Assembly (NCBI GenBank): GCA_965220965.1
Contig: OZ244852.1
Span: forward strand, 288,001 to 352,000
Reading direction: 5' to 3'
From: Candidatus Marinacidobacterium sp.
GTDB lineage: Bacteria > Acidobacteriota > Vicinamibacteria > Marinacidobacterales > Marinacidobacteraceae
Length of the DNA stretch: 64,000 nt
Made by a program: the position numbers and the translations under genes. Numbering within the stretch: the first letter of the stretch is position 1; every line of letters begins with the position of its first letter. Shown here one piece after another: positions 57,515 through 64,000 of this stretch. The notes beneath the pieces were generated by a model, which was not told where the DNA came from, ran no database searches, and was given only the letters and a program-made list of their open reading frames with translations.

Positions 57515-58131
57515 TATGTCCGTCGCTCGATGATCGAGTCCACCAGGCCGTAGTCCCGGGCTTCCTCCGCCGTCATGAAGCGGTCGCGTTCGATGTCGGT
57601 GGCGATCCGCTTGGCTGTCTTCCCGGTGTGGCGGGCGAGGATGTCCACGAGCCGGGAGCGCACCCGGACGATTTCGTTGGCGCGGATCTGGAGGTCGGTG
57701 GCCTGTCCCTGGATCCCGCCCAGCGGCTGATGGATCATCACGGTGGAGTTCGGGAGCGCGAAGCGCTTTCCCGCGGCGCCCGCGGCGAGCAGGATCGCGG
57801 CCATGCTGGAGGCCTGCCCCAGGCAGTAGGTCGTGACGTCGGGCCGGATGAACTGGAGCGTGTCGTAGATCGCGAGCCCGGCGTCCACCTCACCCCCCGG
57901 CGAGTTGATGTAGAGCGAAATCTCCTTCTCCGGATCCTCGGATTCGAGGAACAGGAGCTGCGCGACGACCGCGTTCGCGAGGGCGTCGGTGATCGGCTGT
58001 CCGATGAAGACGATGTTGTCGCGCAGCAGGCGCGAGTAGATGTCGTAGGCCCGCTCGCCGCGTCCCGTCTGTTCCACGACGATCGGGATCTGGACATAGC
58101 TCTGGGCGGGAGTCGATCGGTTTCGGGTCAT
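57514..58131 (-). CDS. clpP: ATP-dependent Clp protease proteolytic subunit
   Basis: [14 protein letters not shown] and the catalytic triad in ASSMAA / IHQP / ERD. Confidence 0.97.
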   Translation of the reverse strand: MTRNRSTPAQSYVQIPIVVEQTGRGERAYDIYSRLLRDNIVFIGQPITDALANAVVAQLLFLESEDPEKEISLYINSPGGEVDAGLAIYDTLQFIRPDVTTYCLGQASSMAAILLAAGAAGKRFALPNSTVMIHQPLGGIQGQATDLQIRANEIVRVRSRLVDILARHTGKTAKRIATDIERDRFMTAEEARDYGLVDSIIERRT

Positions 58132-58219
58132 CGCGGGTTGTTCCTGGGCGGCCCACCGGACGGGCGGCGGGATGGGAGCTTCCACCGGAAGCGCCTCCGG
58201 TCCTCTCGCAGACGGGGCT

Positions 58220-59596
58220 TCACTGCGCCTCGGCGTCGGCCTGTTCCAGCAGGTAGTCGAGAGCCGCCTTCCGGGTTTCGACCGCGCGGAGCTGCTCCAG
58301 TTCGCCGCTGTCCTCGAGGGCGGCGCGGAGCGCCACCGGCGTCTTGCTGGCGCTGGCGGCCAGTTCGGCGATCCGCTCCTCGATGCGGGCCTCGGGGACT
58401 TCGATCTCCTGCTGCCGGGCGACCGCATCCAGCAGGATGCTCATGGCGACGCGCCGCTCGCTCCGGGTCTGGATTCCGGGCAACAGCGAGCGGACCTGCT
58501 GCTCGGCTTCCTCGGGTTTCATTCCGGCCTTCCGGCAGAACTCGGCGGCGCGGCGGACTTCCGCCTCGACCTCGCCGCGAACCAGCGCCCTCGGCGCTTC
58601 CACCGTGTTGCGCTGCAGCAGGGCCTCCACCACATCGTCGTGGAATCGCTGTTCCCGCTCCTCCCGGGCCCTCTGCTGAAGGCGGTCCCGCACGTCGCCG
58701 CGCAGCGCAAGGAGCGACTTGGCGCCCACCGCCTGGGCGAGGTCGTCATCGAGGCGGGGAAGCGGGCGCTCGAAGACCTCCTTCACCCGGAAAGCGATGC
58801 GCCGCCGTTTGGCGGCCGGGTTGGCGTCGGCGGAGGCCGCCGGGCCGGTTCCCACGGTGGCCACCGCGGTGTCCCCCTGCCGGATCCCCTGGAGGGACTC
58901 GTTCAGCGCCGGCGGCGCCTGGTTGCGCCCCACCTGGAACACGACGTCCTCGCGCTGCACCGGCGCGGCGGCGGCGTCATCCGGATCGGTCTCCTCCACA
59001 TCGCCGCGAACGAAGTCTCCGTCGCGCGCCCCGCGGTCGGTCACCGGCCGCGGAGACGCCTTCTGCTCCCGGATCTGCTCCAGCGTCTGGAGGATCTGCG
59101 CCTCCTCGACCGGGATGTCGCGGCGCTTGACCTCGATGTCCGCGAAGTCCACCTGGCCGATATCGGGCCAGACCTCGAAGGCGACCTTGAGCTGGAGCGG
59201 CTGACCGCGTTCGAAGGCCGGCTCCCCCTCGGGCGCCGGGGGCGCGAGCGGGCTCGCCCCGAGATCCCGAAGGCACTCCCGCGTCGCCCGGCTGACGAGG
59301 GACCACCCGACGTCCTCGGCCACCTGGGGTCCGAATCGTTGTTCGATCCGGTCCCGAGGCGCCTTGCCCTTGCGGAATCCGGGGAAGCGCGCCGTCCGGC
59401 GGATGCGGCGCAGTTCGGCCTGGACTTCGTCCTCGAAGATGGCCGCCGGGATCGTGATGTCCAGGATGCGGGTCGACTGACCGCGCTCCTCCACCTCGAA
59501 GCGCAGCCCCGGGATCCCGTCGGGCGCATTCCCCGCGCCCGGGCGCGACGCCGTCTCCGGTTCCGGTTCGGCGGGGGGGGTGGGGGCGGCGCTCAC
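58220..59596 (-). CDS. tig: Trigger factor
   Basis: PGFRKGKAP signature; tig-clpP-clpX synteny; start GTG 59596 or ATG 59635. Confidence 0.9.
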   Translation of the reverse strand: MSAAPTPPAEPEPETASRPGAGNAPDGIPGLRFEVEERGQSTRILDITIPAAIFEDEVQAELRRIRRTARFPGFRKGKAPRDRIEQRFGPQVAEDVGWSLVSRATRECLRDLGASPLAPPAPEGEPAFERGQPLQLKVAFEVWPDIGQVDFADIEVKRRDIPVEEAQILQTLEQIREQKASPRPVTDRGARDGDFVRGDVEETDPDDAAAAPVQREDVVFQVGRNQAPPALNESLQGIRQGDTAVATVGTGPAASADANPAAKRRRIAFRVKEVFERPLPRLDDDLAQAVGAKSLLALRGDVRDRLQQRAREEREQRFHDDVVEALLQRNTVEAPRALVRGEVEAEVRRAAEFCRKAGMKPEEAEQQVRSLLPGIQTRSERRVAMSILLDAVARQQEIEVPEARIEERIAELAASASKTPVALRAALEDSGELEQLRAVETRKAALDYLLEQADAEAQ

Positions 59597-59674
59597 GTGA
59601 CTTGATCTACCGGCTGCTGGCGCCCGCTCGCGCATGAGCGGACCCGGGAGCAGGGGAACGGGCGGGGTTCGCGC

Positions 59675-59759
59675 TGGTGCGAAAGGGGGGATTCGAACCC
59701 CCACGGGTCACCCCACCGGATCCTAAATCCGGCGCGTCTGCCAATTCCGCCACTTCCGC
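59675..59759 (-). tRNA. tRNA-Leu (anticodon TAG)
   Basis: GCGGAAGTGGCGGAATTGGCAGACGCG CCGGA-TTTAGGA-TCCGG, long variable arm, GGTTCGAATCC and encoded CCA. Confidence 0.96.
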
Positions 59760-59874
59760 AGCGCTGCGCAGTCCGCGTCGCGATCACCGGGGACGCGAGT
59801 GCGAACCGGCCCGGGTCAGGAATTCTACCCCGCAGGGAGCGGTCGGCCGGTCCGGGAAGCTCGCCGGCGCTCCC

Positions 59875-59880
59875 TATAAT
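59875..59880 (+). promoter_or_regulatory. Candidate sigma70 -10 box for the amidohydrolase gene
   Basis: Perfect TATAAT in a very GC-rich context, 42 nt upstream of the ATG; no clear -35. Confidence 0.45.
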
Positions 59881-59922
59881 CGGCCGCGACCGCTCCGGCG
59901 CGGCCGCCAGTAGAGGTACCCC

Positions 59923-61542
59923 ATGAACGCGAAAAATCATCGACTTCCACGAATCGTCGCGCTCGTTCTCGTCACCTGCTCGACCTGGGTGGCGGGAGAC
60001 CGGGCGGCGGCCCAGGATCTCGAGGCGCTCCGGGGCGTCGCCGACCAGGGAGCGGCGGAGCGCGCCAAGCTTGTCCAGGTCATGGTGGACTCGGTCTTCA
60101 GCTTCGGAGAACTCGGGTTCCAGGAGGTCGAGACGTCGCGCTACCTCACCGGGGTCCTGCGCGACAACGGATTCGAGGTCGAGGAGGGGATCTCCGGCAT
60201 TCCGACCGCGTGGATGGCCCGTTGGGGGGAGGGTTCCCCGGTGATCGCGCTGGGGAGCGATCTCGACGGGATTCCCAGGGCCTCGCAGAAGCCGGGAGTC
60301 GCCTACCACGACCCGCTGGTCGAAGGAGCGCCGGGACACGGGGAAGGACACAACTCCGGGCAGGCGGTCATCATCGCCGGAGCGCTGGCGGCGAAGGAGA
60401 TCATGGAGCGTGACGGCATCCCGGGAACGATCGTGATCTGGCCCGGGGTGGCGGAAGAACTGGTCGCGACGAAGGCGTGGTTCGTACGGGACGGGTACTT
60501 CCGCGATGTCGATGTGTGCATCTTCACCCACGTCTCGTCGAGGTTCGGCGTGAGCTGGGGGCAGGGAGGCGGCAACGGCCTGGTGTCCGTCGAATACACG
60601 TTCACCGGCGAGCCGGCGCATTCGGCCGGGGCCCCCTGGCGCGGTCGGAGCGCGCTCGATGCGGTCGAGATCATGAACACCGGATGGAACTACAAGCGGG
60701 AGCACCTGCGTCTGCCGCACCGCTCCCATTACGTCATCACGAACGGCGGGGACCAGCCGAATGTGGTGCCGCAACTCGCGTCGGTCTGGTACTACTTCCG
60801 GGAGCTGGAACAGCCGGGGATGAAGGAGCTCTTCGACCTCGGGAACACGATGGCCGAGGCGGCCGCGATGATGACCTCCACCGAGGTCTCGTGGCGCGTC
60901 CTGGGTCACGCCTATCCGCGCCACTTCAACAAGCCGGTCGCGGAAGCGGTGTGGGCCAACATCGAGCGCGTCGGGCTTCCGGAATGGAGCGAAGCCGACC
61001 TGGCGCTGGCGCACGGCCTTCAGCGTGAACTCGGCGTGGAGGAGAGCGGGCTTCCCACCGAGCTCGGCGAAATGGGCGGTCCGGCGCGGGAGCCGCGGCT
61101 CGGCGGCGGATCCGACGACATCGGGGACATTTCGTGGAATGTCCCCACCGTGACGCTCCGCTTCCCGTCGAATATCCCCGGCGGCCCCGGTCATCACTGG
61201 GCGAACGGCGTCGCGATGGCGACGCCGATCGCTCACAAGGGAGCGGTGGCCGGCGCCCGGGTGATCGCGATGACGCTCATGGATCTCTTCCTCGATCCGG
61301 CGCTCGTTCCGGCGGCGCAGGAGTACTTCGCAGAGCAGACGAAGGACCATCAGTACACCCCGCTGATCGGTCCCGACGACCCACCGGCGATCCACCTCAA
61401 CCAGGAACGGATGGACGCCTTCCGGGAGGCGATGCGCCCGTTCTACTACGACCCGGACCGCTACGACAGTTACCTCGAGCAGCTCGGGATCGAATACCCG
61501 ACGGTGCGGGACTCCACAGGCGAGCCATCGCCGCAGCGCTGA
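59923..61542 (+). CDS. M20-family amidohydrolase (AbgB-like), with signal peptide
   Basis: ELGFQE, GHGEGHN, AEE, HSAGAPW.GRSALDA, GGDQPNVVP and GGSDDIGD motifs. Confidence 0.88.
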   Translation: MNAKNHRLPRIVALVLVTCSTWVAGDRAAAQDLEALRGVADQGAAERAKLVQVMVDSVFSFGELGFQEVETSRYLTGVLRDNGFEVEEGISGIPTAWMARWGEGSPVIALGSDLDGIPRASQKPGVAYHDPLVEGAPGHGEGHNSGQAVIIAGALAAKEIMERDGIPGTIVIWPGVAEELVATKAWFVRDGYFRDVDVCIFTHVSSRFGVSWGQGGGNGLVSVEYTFTGEPAHSAGAPWRGRSALDAVEIMNTGWNYKREHLRLPHRSHYVITNGGDQPNVVPQLASVWYYFRELEQPGMKELFDLGNTMAEAAAMMTSTEVSWRVLGHAYPRHFNKPVAEAVWANIERVGLPEWSEADLALAHGLQRELGVEESGLPTELGEMGGPAREPRLGGGSDDIGDISWNVPTVTLRFPSNIPGGPGHHWANGVAMATPIAHKGAVAGARVIAMTLMDLFLDPALVPAAQEYFAEQTKDHQYTPLIGPDDPPAIHLNQERMDAFREAMRPFYYDPDRYDSYLEQLGIEYPTVRDSTGEPSPQR

Positions 61543-61637
61543 ACTCCCCAAACCCCGCCTCGCTGACGGGCCCGACTCCAGGAGAACGGTTCGCCGGGGT
61601 TCTCCCGGCTCCCCGCCCCCGCTCTTCCGCGGCGCGC

Positions 61638-61724
61638 TGGTGCCGAAGCAGGGATTTGAACCCTGACACTCGCAAGGAGTACTGCGCCCTGAACGCAGCG
61701 CGTCTGCCGTTCCGCCACTTCGGC
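61638..61724 (-). tRNA. tRNA-Leu (anticodon CAG)
   Basis: GCCGAAGTGGCGGAACGGCAGACGCG CTGCG-TTCAGGG-CGCAG, variable arm, GGTTCAAATCC and encoded CCA. Confidence 0.95.
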
Positions 61725-61745
61725 GCGTGCGGGCCGGTACCCTAG

Positions 61746-61925
61746 CAGCCCGTTGACGAAGTCGCGCGGCGTTCGAGCGGCGATGCATCCCGCCCGAACC
61801 ACGCCCCTTCGGGGCGCTCATCGTTGCGTTTCGCTCGGAATATTCCCGATATTCCTCGCTCACGCGCCTTGTCGGCCGGGCGCCTCACCGCTCTCGGCGC
61901 TGCACGCGACCTCATCAACGGACTG
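61746..61925. mobile_element. 180-bp fold-back repeat element (MITE/REPIN-like), copy 2, flanked by CTAG on both sides
   Basis: CTAG at 61742-61745 and 61926-61929; terminal inverted repeats CAGCCCGTTGACGAAGTCGCG / CGCGACCTCATCAACGGACTG. Confidence 0.85.
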
Positions 61926-61938
61926 CTAGCAGTCCGTC

Positions 61939-63924
61939 GTGCGTCGATTGCGGGGGGATCGCGCCGGCGGGCGGCGTCGGCGAGCCGCCGGTCGCGGGGA
62001 GCCTCCGGGGCGCGTTCCCCCGGTCCGGCGGGTCGTCCGGGGCCGGTTCACCGGCCGTCCCGAGGGGGACGGCTGGCTGGTTCCCCTCGGCGCCGGGTCC
62101 GACCCCCCCGAGGACCTCCACATCACGCGCGGGCGGCTCGGGGGCGTGCTTCCGGGCGACCTCGCCGAGGCCGAAGTCCTCTTCCGCACCCGCAGCGGAC
62201 GGCCCGAGGGAGAAGTCCTGCGGGTCCTCGAGCGCAGCGCCGGGCGGCTGGTGGGCGAACTGACGGCGGAGGGCTCGGTCGTCGTCTGGGATCCGCAGTG
62301 GTCCCGCGAGGTCCTGGTGTCCGCTGGCGGCGCGGCGGGCGCCCGCGCCGGAGACCTGGTCGAGGTGCGGATCCGCCCGTCTCCGGCGGGGGACGGCCCC
62401 ATCATGGGAGAGGTCCGGACCGTCTTCGGATCGAGTCACGACCCCGCAGCCGAGGTCGCCGCCGTCCTCGCCCGCCACGACATCCGGGACGCGTTCCCCC
62501 GGGAGGCGCTCGAGCAGGCCGACGCCGCTCCCTCGGCGGTCCGATCCCGGGACCTCGCCGGCCGGGAAGACCTGCGTTCGCGGCTGATCGTCACCCTGGA
62601 TCCTCCCGACGCGAAGGATCACGACGACGCGATCGAGGCGGCGCCGCGGCCGGACGGCGGTTTCCGGATCGGCGTTCACATCGCCGATGTGGGCCACTAC
62701 GTCCCTCCGGGCAGCCCGGTGGACCGGGAGGCGGCGCTCCGCGCCAACTCGGCGTACTTCCCCGAGCGCTCCGTTCCGATGCTCCCGCCGGCGCTCTCGT
62801 CCGGCATCTGCTCCCTGGTCGCCGGGCGCGACCGGCTCACACGGTCGGTCGAACTGGAGATCAGCGCCGAGGGGATCCTGGTGGACGCGCGCTGCTTCCG
62901 CGCCGTGATCGCGAGCGCGGCCCGGCTGGCTTACGGCGAGGGCGCCGCGTTCCTCGCCGGCGCCGGCGCCGGACCGATCGCTGACGCCGTCCGGACGATG
63001 GGGCGCGCCGCGGCGCTGCTCGCGGCCGCCCGCCGGCGGCGAGGCGCCGTCGACCTGGATCTGCCGGAGCCCGAACTGTGCTGTGACGAGCTCGGCCACC
63101 CGCTCGATGCCCGCTACGCGGAACGGACGGCGGCGCACCGGCTGGTCGAGGAGTTCATGCTCCTCGCCAACCAGGCGGTGGCCGAGCGGCTGCGGGCCGT
63201 CGGCGCCCCCGCGCTCCACCGCGTCCACCCTTCCCCCGCCGAGAGTCGCGTCCGGCAATTCGAAGACCTGCTGGGCGCCTTTGGCGAGCGCCTCCGCGCG
63301 CCGTCCGAGGCGCTCCGTCCGGGCCATTTCGCCCGGCTCGGCGACCGGATCGAGGGGCGGCCGGAGGTCCGCTTTCTCAGACGCCGGATGCTGCGCGCGA
63401 TGAAGCGCGCGGAGTATTCCCCGAGGGGCGAGGGGCACTTCGCCCTCGCGCTCCAGGACTACACCCACTTCACGTCTCCCATCCGCCGCTATCCGGACCT
63501 GATGGTTCATCGGGCCCTCGATGGAATCGCCACCGGGCCGATGAAGGCGGCCGCGTCGTCAGCCCCCGGGCTCGACGCGCTCGCCCGCCACTGCTCGGAG
63601 CGGGAGCGCGCGGCGGAGGCCGCCGAGACCGCGGTCGTGGAGCGGCGCCTCGCGCGCATGCTCCGGGGCCGGCTCGGCGATGCGTTCGCTGGCCGGGTCG
63701 CCGAAACCGGACGATTCGGGATGCGGATCGAACTGGAGGAGATCCCGGCGCGCGGCCTCGTTCCGCTCGCCCTGCTTGGGGAGGAGCGCTTTCGGTTCGA
63801 CCGCCGCGACTACGCGCTACGGTCGCGCGTCAGCGGGCGGAGCTTCCGGATCGGAGATCGCCTCGAGGCGCAGCTCGTCCGTGTCGACCCCCTCCGCGGC
63901 GGCCTCGAGTTCCGTCTCCTCTGA
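61939..63924 (+). CDS. rnr: Ribonuclease R / RNB-family exoribonuclease
   Basis: Cold-shock domains, TLDPPDAKDHDDA, VHIADV, VEEFMLLAN, HFAL...YTHFTSPIRRYPDL and a C-terminal S1 domain. Confidence 0.92.
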   Translation: MRRLRGDRAGGRRRRAAGRGEPPGRVPPVRRVVRGRFTGRPEGDGWLVPLGAGSDPPEDLHITRGRLGGVLPGDLAEAEVLFRTRSGRPEGEVLRVLERSAGRLVGELTAEGSVVVWDPQWSREVLVSAGGAAGARAGDLVEVRIRPSPAGDGPIMGEVRTVFGSSHDPAAEVAAVLARHDIRDAFPREALEQADAAPSAVRSRDLAGREDLRSRLIVTLDPPDAKDHDDAIEAAPRPDGGFRIGVHIADVGHYVPPGSPVDREAALRANSAYFPERSVPMLPPALSSGICSLVAGRDRLTRSVELEISAEGILVDARCFRAVIASAARLAYGEGAAFLAGAGAGPIADAVRTMGRAAALLAAARRRRGAVDLDLPEPELCCDELGHPLDARYAERTAAHRLVEEFMLLANQAVAERLRAVGAPALHRVHPSPAESRVRQFEDLLGAFGERLRAPSEALRPGHFARLGDRIEGRPEVRFLRRRMLRAMKRAEYSPRGEGHFALALQDYTHFTSPIRRYPDLMVHRALDGIATGPMKAAASSAPGLDALARHCSERERAAEAAETAVVERRLARMLRGRLGDAFAGRVAETGRFGMRIELEEIPARGLVPLALLGEERFRFDRRDYALRSRVSGRSFRIGDRLEAQLVRVDPLRGGLEFRLL

Positions 63925-64000
63925 CGCGTCGCCCGCCAGCCGGGCGGGCAGAACCAGCGTGAACTCGGATCCCTCTCCCGGCGCGCTCTCCAGCTCGATC
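63817..64000 (-). CDS. C-terminal fragment of a sensor histidine kinase (HATPase_c), entering from the window edge
   Basis: Manual translation IELESAPGEGSEFTLVLP...; first in-frame stop is at 63817-63819, inside the rnr 3' end. Confidence 0.7.
   Translation of the reverse strand, partial: IELESAPGEGSEFTLVLPARLAGDASEETELEAAAEGVDTDELRLEAISDPEAPPADARP

Noticed and set aside
56326-59130. Very long antisense or alternate-frame ORFs (e.g. 934 aa here, 31222-33792, 59593-61863, 1360-3129)
   Set aside because: Shadow ORFs expected at high GC; they are Arg/Pro/Gly-rich, lack motifs and overlap well-supported genes.
59675-61925. tRNA-anchored genomic island or prophage
   Set aside because: No integrase, att duplication or compositional shift is visible.

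Overview
High-GC bacterial chromosome segment, tentatively Acidobacteriota-like judging from gene content only. It is mostly housekeeping: partial clpB, erpA, ku/ligD, korAB, mrp, rel, a tonB-exbB-exbD-exbD-TPR cluster, secDF-yajC-tgt, dxr-rseP, truA-uppS-cdsA, tolC, pyrRBC, rluD-lgt-lspA, tig-clpP-clpX-engB-rho-rpmE-prfA-prmC, two tRNA-Leu genes and rnr. No transposase, integrase, prophage or CRISPR array is visible. The most unusual signal is non-coding. (i) Two about 94% identical 180-bp fold-back elements sit at CTAG sites (25769-25948, 61746-61925); all mismatches in their 18-bp terminal repeats become G-T/G-U wobbles on the minus strand. (ii) A 300-bp-period tandem duplication of a multi-hairpin unit lies between tolC and a TIGR02757 gene, and each unit is followed by a sense-strand copy of a neighbouring gene's 3' end. 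One copy of each type starts CTAG-CAGTCCGT on its structured strand, and both types carry GNA-triloop hairpins. Coding oddities are an erpA operon with a Tat-exported PLP C-S lyase-like enzyme and two uncharacterised membrane proteins, probable CTG start codons coupled to upstream stops, an inverted dxr-rseP block, a Mrp-DUF971 fusion, a divergent TGT, and dispersed N-succinylamino-acid racemase pathway genes. All calls come from reading motifs by eye; no searches were run.
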